Assembly: GCA_043228905.1 (NCBI GenBank)
Contig: JBHGNT010000005.1
Span: forward strand, 1,240,001-1,304,000
From: Azolla caroliniana
Lineage: Eukaryota > Plantae > Polypodiophyta
Direction of reading: 5' to 3'
DNA: 64,000 bases
A model generated the notes under the pieces. That model was not told where the DNA came from. It made no database searches and saw only the letters and a list, made by a program, of their open reading frames with translations. A program made the position numbers and the translations under genes. The first letter of the stretch is position 1. Each line of letters opens with the position of its first letter. This document shows positions 1-13,581 of the stretch, in pieces.

Positions 1-31
1 ATAAGTATAAGTTGACTAATATAATATATTT

Positions 32-341
32 TATTTTTTTTCAAAATGAAGCCACTTTCCCATTAGTTAGGTAAGATTATTACAAAGAGACTGTACAAGG
101 AGGCTTAAGCATAGATCGGGGAATCCCCCTCCGATCAAGTTCTAGAAATTGAGACTAGTTACATCGCCTTTCGGACGGACTACTTAGTGTAAGTACCTAC
201 AATTAAAACAGTGCCCTGTAGTGATGGCTAGTACAAGACAACTCTTGGGGTCAACAACAGAGGGAGGGTGGTAAGTGAGCCGGAAACAGCCAGCGTGGGG
301 GCTGGTAGTTCCACCTCGGGCTACTTCCTCCTTGTGTCACA
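32..341 (-). mobile_element. 3' terminal fragment of a LINE with poly(A) tail; same family as the LINE at 43714-54838
   Basis: Reverse complement aligns with 45307-45382 joined to 54607-54838 (e.g. GATTATTACAAAGAGACTGTACAAG, ACTAGTTACATCGCCTTTCGGAC, GGGGGCTGGTAGTTCCACCTCGGG). The T-run at ~32-41 corresponds to the A-run at 54829-54838. Confidence 0.85.
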
Positions 342-3080
342 ATATCATGCATTTGCATAAGTGGTATATCAATGCTAGTATTTATACATATTCAAACGTT
401 TTATGGTTTTTATAAGTTGCATTAATTCCTTCTAATACCTTTACATTTCAAAAATAAATTTGTCCATTTTTTAAGTTAAACACGCTACTTCTAGTTTGCA
501 CTTGAAATTAGTCAACTTTAGGCACATTGTTCAACCTTATTATCATACTTACGAATCTATGGCCCAAGTTGACAATCTTAATAAGAAATGTTGCTTTTTA
601 GGAGCAAAATCATCAATTTTAAATTTATATGAATATGTTACCTCAGGTTGTTCATAGTTCCAATTCAAATAAGTAGGTGTCGTGACTCATGAACATAATT
701 GGGAAAACTAATATACCATCCAATTTTATGTTTCATATTGTAGTTCGTGATGTCTAATTTTATCTAGATTTTGGTAGACTTATGGATATGGATCCATCTC
801 GGTGAGAGACAACATACACAAAGGGACATTGGAAAAGTTGATGTGAGGATGGGTGGAGTCGAAGTAGAGAAATCATATTAGTACAACTACACAAGGCAAG
901 AAGGAGCCTATGCACAACCCACAAGGTTGAAGCAAGAAATGAGAGGGAGCCATGCATATAAGGTGAGAGTAAAAGGATGGATGATAAAACAATGGCTATA
1001 CATGGCATATGTATAATGCATTATCTACGCATGTGGATGGTTTGGTCCACATAAAAAATCTGAAACTCGTGGAAATTGTATTCCCATCCATTTTCATCAT
1101 ATAATAGAGCCTTCATTTTCATAACGCCTTTCTCTATCTCCACAATTGCAAGATATATATGCATCTCTTTGAGGGGTATTTCCTAATTTAAATCATCCAT
1201 GAACGTTCTACATGTGTGTCATAGACATTTTTAATTTTTTTTCTATAAACTTAGTGTTCACAAAACTAAAACTCATTGTGCCACATCTCAATCATCGAGT
1301 ACTCAATTACTAGTAACATATGTTCCTATTAACTAGAAACATAGAGTAGATAGAATGAGGTATAGTAGTTACCTCCTGCAAAATAAGGTTTCCATTCAAG
1401 ATTTTGAAGGTCTGCTTGTCAAACACGACATCATAACTAATCTCACTCCATTGGCACATCAACTTCCTCCAAAATGAGTTGCTTTCATCGACCAAATTTA
1501 GAGTGATAAATTAGATGTCCAAAACCATGCAATTGACCCAAGTGAAAGGTTCCTAGTTCGTGGGCTTGATATGATATGAAGTGAAATGATGTGCCCAAAT
1601 CAAACAACCAAGTGTGTGATAGGATTATGATTCCTTGTGAACCATTTTCACACAATTGGATGTTGTTCATTATGAATGTTAACCATTTCCATACACTTGG
1701 AAGTTGGTGGAAAAGGAAGGAATAATTGTAGCACTATTGAATGAAACAAATGGATAAACAAACTTGTGGTAGAATGTGAAAAGGCCCAAGGGCATTATTC
1801 TAAAAGCTAGAAAATACACCTTTATAGGTCCATAATGGTTTTTCTTCTTAACATTTAGTGAGGCTTAAGCCTATCTTAAATCTTAAATTTCTTCTTAGTT
1901 ATAACCCCAATTATTTAATTTAAGGCTTAAGTCTTAAACTCACGTTTTGGGCATTGGTTGTAGCTTTTGAAGAGCATTCTTTGTCTCGCGATCGAGTGCT
2001 TTGCTGTATCATTTCTTTGCTTTTCTTGTTTACTGTGTTGAATACATTAACATTTATATTTAAGCGATTAAGCACTTTTGGTTATATTCTAACCTCTTGG
2101 GTACGTGATTGATTCAGTATTAATTTCATAGTTTGTTTTCTCATTTATCGCTATGTGTTAGTAGGGTGAAGAGTGGATTGACACCCACTTGTACTCATAT
2201 TCAACAATAGAGTAGACTTTGCCCCAATCCCATAAATTTGTTTCTATGTTAGCGTGGGAAGACTAGCTATAACAACAACGTAAGTAAACTTCCCCACATC
2301 CCTTAGTCTTGATTTGAATCTTATACAATGTGCTTGTCGAATAGACTTTGTTGGAGCCACCATTCTTCTCATAAGTGTCACCCAAACTTCTCCAACATAA
2401 TTCAAGTTTCAATGATTCTTTTCGCACATTTGCTAGTTGATGTAAGTCTTCCTGGTGTTCAAAGTCCATTTCGACACGTCTCCTTTCCTCTCGTTGGTCC
2501 TCCCTGGACTACCTATCTCTCACTTAGGACATTGCTAGCGCAATGCTTCCATAGATAGAGAAAATTTGCATGTATGAAATTGATACAGGTCTGAAGGTTA
2601 AACCCCTTCAGCCCTGCCTGAGGCAGGTAATCCCTCCTTGATTCAGTTCCCAAGTAGTGGAAGCCCAATTGAATGAACCGCAGGACGCCTCTGATTACAT
2701 TCTGGCCGTCTTCTGATGTTTGATGGTCAAAGTCCTCCCCCCACACAGGCCCATTGTTTGTGGTATGTTTCCTAATTCTTCTTCACTACTTAGTATACTT
2801 AGTCTTCCAGATCTTCTCCTACGTTGGACGACTATTGTGGCCGAACCTATAAGTCTGATACTGTTTGTTGGAGTTAGGCATACTACACAGAGGTTTGAGA
2901 TCGGTGGATTAGTTTCCACAAGCAGCAGCAATGCTAGAGTTGTACATGCAAAGGTTAGTACATGGTTTATACATAATGTAGAAACTATGTAAATGCAAGA
3001 TAGTCTTGCACTAAACCAAGAGGGAGATAGAGCAACAACTAGACATTAGGCCAAGAATGGTGTCAAATCTATGTTAACAT

Positions 3081-3698
3081 TGTTATTCAAACTATTAGAC
3101 CAGACAGCAACTGAAAGGAATACAGGGGTCAGTCTCGGCCTGGCCGACTCTTAGGTTAAACTTAAGCTAGACAGTCGGACAAACAAGTGAAAAAAGAAAA
3201 GAGCCGACGCAGAAGTTTAACGTGGAAACACTAAATGGGAAAAACTACGGGAGCTGACAAACTCCGAACAGATTCACTATCGGAGAGTGTATATAAGAAC
3301 TCATGGTCATAACCTTGTTAAGATCTTCGTCTCAATAGGCGGATATACACAGCGAACAAGGGAAACAAAGAAACGATCTATGCAGAGTCATCAACCTGTC
3401 GGGTCAGATTCGAGGGTCGGCTGCTACACAAGCTCGACCTCCACAGCACACAGTCCTTTGATCTCCTTTCTCTTACTGTTCTATCTTCTCAGTTCTATCT
3501 CACAATATTCTACTTTGTTATGTGTAGCAATCACTAATCATGCATGCCTAGGGTTTATACATACATACATACATATGTATGTATGTATTTACATATTTGT
3601 CCTTAGCCGGATAGCCGGCTCTCAACCGGCCCATATACCAATCCGACTCTTAGCCGAATCAGCACTTCTCCCATAAGGAGGGACATCATCTCATAACA
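3081..3698 (-). mobile_element. Probable solo LTR, copia-like
   Basis: TGTTAT...ATAACA termini. Internal minus-strand motif CCGTAGTTTTTCCCATTTAGTGTTTCCACGTTAAAC resembles copia U5 regions. No clean TSD, so the left boundary is uncertain. Confidence 0.45.
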
Positions 3699-4283
3699 GC
3701 ATGATGCACTATTTGTACAAGACCTTTTTTTGAAGCCCTACATTACCTCCTTTTATAATTAGGGCGGAAGGGTTCGCACTAGGCTAGTCTCACTATCTAG
3801 CATTCCAGCAGCATGATTATGATTGTATGGTAAAGCTTATGACTCCAAGTCTAAAATTGGTGGCTCATGAACCTTGGATGGATTGGTGAATTGATAGCAA
3901 GAAACTGATGTTTGCAATGCACATCAATGACGTCTACTATATGTTGATTAGAGATCAATCTTGGTTTGTGGGATGCCTTAAAATGACCCTGTCCTAGTTA
4001 TATCATGCTCTCAAACAAGGAGAAAAAGAATCTTTATCTTTTATACTAATTACATATTGGTAATATAGAGCTATTTATATGAGAAATTGCATTCACCATC
4101 AACATGAATTAAGTGTATAGGTTTGATTATGGTAATATAGAGCTATTTATAACAGTCTTGTTCATGTTGTGTTTAAAACTTAATAAACCATGTACCAACT
4201 TTAAAGCATTGGAGGATATGTTCAGGACAATGCAAGTAAATGTTCCCTAACATGTACAACTATGCGAGTAAATGTTCACTTCC

Positions 4284-6064
4284 TCACGTAAGTAAGTTGA
4301 CATTGTGTTTAGTAGTGAGTCCTGAAATACAGGACGATAATGTGTTGACAGCTCCCACAAAAGCTGCAGTCCTTTGGCTTTCCACTTCTGCTAAGATGTC
4401 CACCGATGCTTTTACTACTTTAATTTTCTCCTTTTCCAGTGCAATTTGTTGTTCATGAAGCTCAGCATTCCTTTCGTGCACATTGATCCAGTATTCTTGA
4501 ACTTTGTTTAAATGAACTGAAGTCTCATTGATGTCTTTGAAGGGTATGCTCAAACCTTGTCCAACCTCATCTGCATAGCCTACATACATTAAAAGCTCTT
4601 TATTATTAACCTTTATTAGCATTGTCTCTTACAGGGGGCAATATATTATTTTTAAAACCATAGTAACTGCATGAAAATACATAAAACTACCAAGAAACAG
4701 GTTGTTTTTCATTATATTAAAATTATTATGTACAAATCCTCCTCAGTCCATCCATCTTTCTTTATGAAGGATACTTGATATTTGTAGGACATTACATTGG
4801 GATTTACCAATCATATCTTGTTTCCTTATGAATGATATGTTTACATATGTCCGAAATCTAAAGAAAAATGTAACACCTATATAAGAGAGACAACAAAGAG
4901 AAATGGATCAAGAGAACTCAACTGAAGTGACACTTATTAAGCATTCATCTAAAAATATGAACGCTAATTTGCTTTACAAGATCTATGCATATAGTTTACA
5001 AACTTTAATCTACAAATCATCTTTCCAGCTGGAAACCTAATGCATGTCCTTTAAATCCAGTTGCACTTCCTTGGAGCAAAGCATTGGCAATTGATGCATT
5101 CTGTATCAATTGCATAATGTTCTTCACATTACTCTCAGAGAATTTTTCCACAGCCAACTTGTGTGAATGGATCATGACATCCACTACGAATGTTTTTTTC
5201 AACCATGCACATGAGAAAACTTGTTTGAAGTGAACCTATGAAGAAAGTGATTCACCTTCTATCAACAATGGTTCACATCTGCAATGCAGTTTTCAAGGTG
5301 GCAGCCTTGTGCATTTTTTATGATTCACTGAAGTTTCCTGCTGTCTATGCTGCAGTAAAGCCTACAGCTTATCTTGCAAGCCACTGAAACTCTCAAACTT
5401 CAGCATCACACCTTCCTCATAATCCTTTGCTATTCCTAACAGTGTCAAGTGATCATAAATATGTGTCTGAAACTAGCACTCCATTTGTCATTGCTAAGCC
5501 CCCATCATACGATCTTCCAGCCACTTATGGATATCGAGCATAGCTATTCTATAATATCCTGCTGGAGATCCAATGTTTCCGAAGAGCCATGCAATCGCAG
5601 TTGCATGAAATTGTTCATACCGGATTGAATTGGCCCAAATACATTCCATAAGCTGTACATTGAAAAAATGCAGAAATTTTAGCCGTAACCTCAAATGCCG
5701 AACCCCTCCACAATCACAGGAATGTGATGGGGACAGTGGAATTATCCATAAACAATCTGTATACTACGGCGATTCAATGAGACAATTATTGTCCATGCAG
5801 TGGACATGTTGCATTCTATTCGGTAATAAGGGTCCCAACATCTCGCTTCCTCAATTGACCTTTTACATTTCTTTCTTGCAAGACTCTATATGTTCTGTTT
5901 CCTTTTGAGATATGGAAGAGATGCATCTGTACTCTGTAAAATTTGGATTTCATATCAGCTCCGAAAATATATTCAGAATGTAGAGTTTTCTTTAAACAAG
6001 ATGTAATCCTTGATGGTTGCAATGATAGGTATGTGAGAAAACGAATGATCGTGGATAAAAGCAC
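4284..6064 (-). pseudogene. Degenerate, stop-interrupted coding region of unknown (probably transposon) origin
   Basis: Chain of co-oriented minus-strand ORF pieces (5816-6064, 5494-5694, 5017-5202, 4284-4622) with protein-like composition. The last piece is coiled-coil-like (HERNAELHEQQIALEKEKIKVVKASVDILAEVE). No family recognised. Confidence 0.35.
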
Positions 6065-7427
6065 ACAAAGCAGCGGTTAAGGAGATCACACTAAGAAAAC
6101 CGGATGACTGGAAGACCTCACTATTAGTAAAGATGAACCATTATAGTATGAGTGAAGTGAGAGTTATATGGAAAACCTTAACTTCCCTAAGTACTGTGTA
6201 GCACCACATATGAGGTATATCATGTACATGTGGTTACGTGGGTAAAAATGCTCTTGCCAGCTCCAAAGTAAAAAGTTCCCATGTATAGGAAAATGGTTCA
6301 CATCAAAGCTACTCGAGGACCAAAGGGAGATATTGGTGAGCATGCAATACACTAAACATGCTTATAGGAATACCAACATAGACATGTTTTGTCACTCGTT
6401 GATTTTTATGACCAAAACAGGAAACCTCTTTTGAGTTTCCATCCATTGTCAAGACACCATTGTTCAACAAAAAGACTGGATACAGTTATAGAGGTTCTGG
6501 CCAGCATCTCTACAACAATTGGGTTGATCTGTGGTTTTGACAAATAGACTAAAAATTACTGTAGAAAGACCAGTCACCCAAGTTATTGGCTATTTACGTA
6601 CCATACTGTACCATTACAAACCAGATTCGTTTACATGTTTCTATGGATGGATTTGGAGGACTCTGAGACTCTAGAGGTTGAAGACTCAGATGCCATTAGT
6701 AATGTGGCAGTTCTTTCTAGGAGCAAGAGTCAATAAAGTAAAGTCTTGTGTAAAATATACACAGATCTCCCATCAGCATAAGTAGATAGTTCAGCTTTTC
6801 ATTCCAATAATTTGCCTCTCCCTTGCACTGATTTCAGTGCAAAAATCTGAAATAAAATACCACTCCATAAAGCAACAATCAAACCCTTGCACTTCTTCTA
6901 TGATAAGAGTATATACCATTGCAAGAGCAGCACTTATCGTCCTTCCTAACGCACAATTTTATTGGAGATCGTAACACAAAAAATGGACAGTTTTGAAGAC
7001 ATTGTCTATCAACAGATAGAATTTACAGGCTACACAAGTTCAATTAGGTTTCGATTCTCTTTCTGAAAGAAGCATGTCTGAAAGTATATCTCACCAGGAG
7101 GAAGGAATATTAGACATCAATATTTTCTTCTTCCTTTTTCATTTCACAAGCATATGGATGGCATATTAAATAAAAGCAGCAAATGAACCAAATATAAAAA
7201 ATTATTATACTCACTATATTACAGTACAACTATCTTTACATGAAAATGCCCTATTAAAACTTACTCACTTTGCTTTGAGTTGTTGAGGGTTTGTTTTGCA
7301 GCTGTATTTTCAATAACCTCAAGAATGAGGGTCTTGACAATATAAAAACCATATGGTGTCATTTCCTGCAGAACTAAAGACATTAAATGACTCCAATACT
7401 GCTCTAACGCTCTCTTTTTATTAAGAA

Positions 7428-8670
7428 AGCAGGGCCTTCATATATTAACTGTTCAAAAAAAAATCAGCATTGCCATGTGACCCAGTTCAGAGGATATTAC
7501 AGAATGTGATATATACAAGTGCAGTTCAACCACTTGAGTGCATAAGAAACTACTCTGGTGTACACCATAGGATGCTTAGGGATATATATGCTCATAATTT
7601 CAACCTCTCATAGTTTAACAAAACATGTGGAGTCTGCATCCTCTGTACTGAGCATACATCTGAATCATTACTAATCAATTGGATGTTGGTAAAGAGGCAT
7701 GAACACATGTAAATTGTACATACGCATTATCTGGAGTCCCATCATTCTTTACTTGGCATTTTCAGCATAGCGAAGTTGATCAGATAATATCATTCGCTTC
7801 GCACAATATATACACAGATTCAACTTGTGCAAAAACAAAAACAAAAATTATACTGTATGCAAATGGCAAGTGAAAGCGAGTTTATTCCACGCATTTGAAT
7901 GCCTCACTGGAAGGCAATCTATCCCCAAGGATCTTGACTCCGTTTAGAAAGACAGATAGATAGAGGCATGAATGCATGTAAATTGTACAGATGCATTATC
8001 TGGAGTCCCTTCATTCTTTACTTGGCATTTTCTGCATAGCGAAGTTGATCGAATAGCATTGTTCTCTTGGCACAATATATACACAGATTCAACTTATGCA
8101 GAAATTTACCTGTTCAAAACAGGGCCTTCATATATTAACAGTTCAAAACATCTTTCAGCATTGCCATGTGACCCAGTTCAGAGGATATTAAAAAATGTGA
8201 TATATACAAGTGCTGTTCAACCACTTGAGTGCATAAGAAACTACTCTGGCGTACACCACGGGATGCTTAAGGATATATATGCGCATGATTTCAACCTCTC
8301 ATAGTTTAACAAAACATGTGGAGTCTGCATCCTCTGTACTGAGTATACATCTGAATCTTTACTAATCAATTGGATGTTGGTAAAGAGGCATGAATGCATG
8401 TAAATTATACAGATGCATTATCTGGAATCCCTTCATTCTTTACTTGGCATTTTCTGCATAGCGAAGTTGAACAGATAAAATTGTTCTCTTGCCACAATAA
8501 TACACAGATTCAACTTATGAGGAAATCTACCCTTCCTCCAAAATCCCAAAAAACGAAAATTATACTGTATGCAAATTGCAAGTCAAAACCAATTTATTCC
8601 ATGCATTTGAATGCCTCACAGGAAGGCGGAATCTATCCCCAAGGACCTTGACTCCATTTAGAAAGATAGA
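7428..8670. repeat. Complex local tandem duplication (~690-bp period plus a third partial copy)
   Basis: CAGGGCCTTCATATATTAAC occurs at ~7430 and ~8120. The GAGGCATGAA...GCATTATCTGGA block occurs at ~7695, ~7963 and ~8386. Confidence 0.85.
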
Positions 8671-8784
8671 AATGTCATCTGAAAATGGAATTTAATATAG
8701 GCATGAGTTTGACAACTGGCAAGTTATCCCTGAGAAATACCAGAAATCAGAACTTGCATGACCATTAGTGAGTGCACAAATGAA

Positions 8785-9380
8785 TAGATAGATAGATAGA
8801 TCTTTTTGGCATCCATAGAGAGGCCAACATTGACCCATGGAACCTTCTAGATGTGTCTCCTTCCTAAGAAGGGATATTTATATTTCGACGCACCAAGTCT
8901 CGATGTGTGAATAAGGCATACACATATGAGCTCAACCTTCTAGGTGTTCTCTTTAGTGTAACACTGAAGTCATCACCCCCTCTTAATATATCATCATAGC
9001 TTTTACGAATTGCATTATATGCAGAGCATGTAGAAAACAACTGATCCTCATCCTCTAGAAGCCCTTCCTTGCAAACCTTGCATGCCTTTATATTTGGCTG
9101 ATTTTGATGCGATAATGCAACTTCAATACCTAGATTGTGTGATCAAGTGTGAAGGAGCGTTAGGGCTCTACGAGAGTTAATACTCATGTTAGTAATGAGG
9201 TAAGGTTGAATACGATCAATAGGCCCTCTTGCCTTGTATAGAACCCAACATTCAGGATTGATGTTTGCAATGTAATATTCTAATTTTGTTCTTTTAGCAT
9301 CTTTCCACTTCTTTCTTAATGGTTCCATTAATCTTTCCTCAATAACTACATATTTCATAGCATCACGTGAAAGCTCTAAG
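8785..9380 (-). mobile_element. Decayed 3' end of a non-L1 LINE (RTEX/CR1/L2-like) with a (TCTA)n tail
   Basis: Minus strand reads SRRALTLLHT*SHNLGIE...CKVCKEGLLEDEDQL..CSAYNAIR, a typical ORF2 C-terminal SHxLxIE plus Cys motif. It ends at the ATAG tetranucleotide run at ~8785-8800. Confidence 0.65.
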
Positions 9381-12120
9381 AGAGTATTATAAACGTCATT
9401 ACAATTTATGAGACATATCCCTAATGTTCAGTTCCTAGAACATGAACTAAAGGCAATGGTAACCTTCATCTCCACGCATAGGCATCAAAAAGCTTGTGTT
9501 TCTGCACTACAACATTCAAGGTTACTTGTAGTTGAATGTGTAAAGATTTGGTGCGACAAAAGCTTTGGGGTCTCCAGCTTCGTATGTATAGAGAGAATTT
9601 GTAGTTCCTGAGATAAATCAGAAAAGGCAGGCAGCAAAAGAGCATTTCATCTCTTGGCTTAACAGAAACTCTAATTTCTCATGACACCCAAAGACTTACA
9701 TACATTGTTTTTAAGGCTACATAAATTTATTTTTCATGGCCATGTACAAAGGTGTTACTCGTAGATTGGTTCATCTATGATATAATGCGAACCTAATCAA
9801 TTTTCATCAACATTCCCTGGGGTATAACTATTTTTATTAGAGTCAAGAATAACATCAAGAAATATCGTGAAAAAATTTCAGTAGTTTTGAGATCTAACCT
9901 TTTGAACATAAGCAGTAGCAGATTCCTTGATTTCATCTTGATTCTCATAAAAATCACTAGCATTCATTTTCGGTATGGTGGTCATGATCACTAAAGAACA
10001 AGAAGATTTAATAAAGTTTGATGTTCCAATTCAAGAAGGCATCAATGTAAGCAACAAAAACTGGATCTCACTATCTCGAATAAATGATTTGATCTGCACC
10101 CTTGGATCTGTGAGGTTGTAGAACCCGTTGTGAACAAACTTTGGACAAACTTTATATTGAACTGCCATCAACATGGTAAGGAAAACATTGTCCTACAATT
10201 GCATTAACAAATCCAAGACATCAGATTTTTTATACATCATTCTGAACTCTATGAAATTAAGATAAGTAAAACCTTTGTTTTGGATTGGCACTTAACATCG
10301 AGTTGCTGAAGTCGCAAAGATACAACTTGTTTCAGATTCTCCCCTCTACACCAATTCACGCAATGGATCCCAGATTCAAGAACTTCATCAAATCTCCCCC
10401 ATTTTTCCTTGATGCCAATGTATGAATGGCCAACTTTTACACAACAACACATCTGACCCATAGATATAGTAGCTGTAAAATGACACTGAGAATAGGACAG
10501 AATAAAGAAGCCTAATTAGATTTTCAGCCAAATAACATACTTGACTTAAATATGTACTTAGTCATTTATAAACAGTTAACCATAAAGGTAACACTTTCTT
10601 TTTACTATCAATTTTTTTACTAACATGTAGCTCCCTTTTATACATGGTTTCCACTCTCATCGATCAATTGCAAGACAGATGGAATTGTGTACTTCCATTT
10701 TTATTTGAACACGCACATATATATACACACTAGATTTAATAAATATATAAAACTTAATAAAAGTCAGCTTTTCTCAACTAGAAAAACGAATACAATTTAC
10801 TCAAAACACGCAGAAAAGAGAGAAAGGTCTCATGGATTCTTGACTTTATGTATATGTCAAACTACACGCAGAACGAATTGCAACGAAGGGCAAATATAGA
10901 GAAACTAACTACAATATTGGCATGGACTGTGAATTACAAACGTTAGTCGGTTTTGGATATAGAATAAGCACTTACATTTCAGCGTGCAAACTCTCTGATG
11001 ATGATCGAGTGCACTGCCATTTCCCTTCCATCTCCATGGTTTTGGATGCCATGGAGGTATAACTTTCAAACACAGGAAAGAAGCTAGAAAGAACACGCCA
11101 CCCACAAAGAAAGAAAGGCAGCGATGCTTGTTCTCATAGAATTAATTCCCAACTTATCCCTCGCGGTCCCCTTCACTCTCCCGTTTCTAAAATTCCCACG
11201 GTACCCTTCATTTTCCTTCTTGTCCAACACCGGCCATCATTTCTACAACAGTTCTATCCTCATATGCTCGGACAATCCAGCATTACTTCGGAGCATCATC
11301 CGACAAGGGGTTGTCTTGGTATAGGCTTTCATGAGTTCCTAATGTGGATAGAACCCCCTCCCCGTGATACGTATATCGCCTATTCTGGGCTGCTCCACTC
11401 GACCATAGAACCTAAATTCATGGAAGATCCAAGCAGTTGCTTGCACTTCGTAAATCGACTTATTTTTTACATTCTTTTGTTCTGCTTTACAATCCCCCAC
11501 CTTTAAGGCTCAAAAGAGTACTTTGGGATTCTTGATTTGTTTCATGTTTCAAGCTTTGCCCCCGTGTATGCTAATATCTCCTCGTTGTCATCCCTCTTTA
11601 TACATTTTACCTCTTCCTCGTTGTTCTTTGTTTGAGATCACTAACCCAAAGTATGGTCGTTGACTGTTTTTATTGTTTTTCGTAGTGAGGAATATGGTTT
11701 ATTTATCGTGAAATATTAACAATTACTTCTAAGTGTCTTGTTTTGATCATTTATGGATTTGCTCTTTCGTTGTTTTTTATTGGATCTTTTCGTTCTCTTT
11801 GTAACATAGGTGCAATGCTCCCTTCCATTCTCCTTGTATGTTTGTATATGTGTTAAATAATGTTTAGAAACATTTTGCAAGGAGGTATATTTGTAAATTG
11901 TAACTTGATCATGCATTTATATATTTTTTATATTTTTGTACCCATTAATATATGAAATTACACTAGAGATAATCTCTCATATTTTTTATTGTAATTATCT
12001 CACCCTAGTGGTAAGTTGGTACTAGCAGGTGGTATTACATAGTGGGTTCAAAACCCAAATTTTCACACCTCTCTATTACACCATAGATATCTCTTATTTC
12101 ATTAGATGCCACCATAGAGT

Positions 12121-12180
12121 GTAGGGGTTGAACCATGACCTCCTCGTCTCCATCGAGCAACATTACCAACTAAGCTACAT
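12121..12180 (-). other. tRNA-derived (SINE-head-like) fragment
   Basis: Minus strand TGTAGCTTAGTTGGTAATG...GGTCATGGTTCAACCCCTAC has A-box-like and B-box-like motifs at tRNA spacing. No intact cloverleaf. Confidence 0.45.
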
Positions 12181-12500
12181 GTGAATTTTTATTAATAGCA
12201 GATATAATCAATCACAAGACAAGGATATCCCATCAAGCTTTTGAACCATCTCAATCACTCTATTACTCCGGAGATGCTAGCTCCTGGGATAGTGTTGTGG
12301 TAAGTTGACTTTTCGCATGAGGCCAAGACATTAATAACCTACCTCCTCTTAGGGACAACCATGAGACTGGTAAAACTTTAATCTCTCATGAGGATCGTAA
12401 TAAAATAATATGCCAAGAAATATGGCAAATTTATAATTGACATAAATGGATCAACGTATTAAAGCAACACCCATCTAAAATGTTGTATTATAAGGAACGT

Positions 12501-13514
12501 TGTCGTGAAGATTTTCGGCAATAGTGTGAAAATCCCATAAAACGTACAAAATCGAGTATGAATCATGTAATACAATAATTGTGAAGATAACATTTTTAAT
12601 ATCTAAGTACAAAATGATGGAGGTTTCGAATGCACTTTATTACACGAGAAATGGACAACTAAATGTCAAGATATGAGGGTATAAAGTTTGTGAAAAGAAA
12701 AGAGAAAATTGTGAGATATCCCACATAGGCACGACAAATACGGCTCTCATCATATATAAGGAGGAGCAAAAGATATTATCTTTGTGTCTATGTGTGGAGC
12801 ATAGAGAGTTCAAGGTAACTTGAACTTAGAGTGGAGGTGGCTAGCTACTCGTAAAAGGTTTTGGCCAACCAAAACCGAACCGGCGATGGAGCCGGTGATC
12901 CGACGGCATGCGGCGGCGGCACCGATATCCGGCGTCGGTATCCGGCATCCGGCGGCGGCACCAGTATCCGGCGTCGGCATCCGGCGACGGTATTCGGCGA
13001 ACCGACGACTAGATAAAATAAATATATAAGAATATATACATATACAAGGAGGGCAAGTATGGATTCAAACCTTGCACCTCCAAGTTAGGAGTCAAATGGC
13101 TTACCATTAAGCCATAATATTTAGTTGAAATTATATTTCTATCATTGTAGTTTTACATGTAAATTCTCATCCATGAGTGCTAAAATGAGTGACATGGTTA
13201 GCATGCACCACATGTAATACTTAAGCGCCAAATGGCAAACATGCAATTTATGCATGTCTTGTACCCTCACATGCATCATATGCATGAGAGCATCTATAAA
13301 AGAGGGAAGGGGGAGGAGAAAAACATGGTTTTTTTTATGAAAATTAAGAAGGAGAAATTCGTTGTCAAATCAATCGTGTAATCTCATCTTCTCTCTTTCC
13401 CAATCTATCTTAAGTACTTTCTCGCCAAAGCTTGTATCGACTCTAAATCCTTCTGGTCCAGAACCCCGGCGGTTCCGCCTCACGATCCGCGCGTAGTGAC
13501 GGATCTTCACGACA
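12501..13514 (+). repeat. 5' LTR (1014 bp)
   Basis: Direct repeat of 26412-27433 with 12-bp terminal inverted repeat TGTCGTGAAGAT/ATCTTCACGACA. Contains a GC-rich 39-bp tandem duplication (~12912-12990) and CTATAAAA at ~13294. Confidence 0.97.
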
Positions 13515-13522
13515 TAATTAAG

Positions 13523-13540
13523 TGGTGAACCCGACGTGAA
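13523..13540 (+). promoter_or_regulatory. Primer binding site complementary to tRNA-Trp
   Basis: TGGTGAACCCGACGTGAA is the reverse complement of the plant cytosolic tRNA-Trp 3' end (...TTCACGTCGGGTTCACCA, recalled). It lies 8 nt downstream of the LTR. Confidence 0.85.
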
Positions 13541-13581
13541 AGAGGCGGTAGGAAGGATCAAGTCGAGATTAATACTTGGAG

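Noticed and set aside
12820-13029. 69-aa ORF duplicated at 26731-26940, and the 62-76-aa ORFs in the chromovirus LTRs
   Set aside because: They recur only because the LTRs are duplicated. Non-ATG or microsatellite-derived starts, and the first is not conserved in the solo LTR.
13052-13114. Functional tRNA genes at the tRNA-like segments
   Set aside because: Anticodon and acceptor stems do not pair properly; only the promoter boxes are recognisable.
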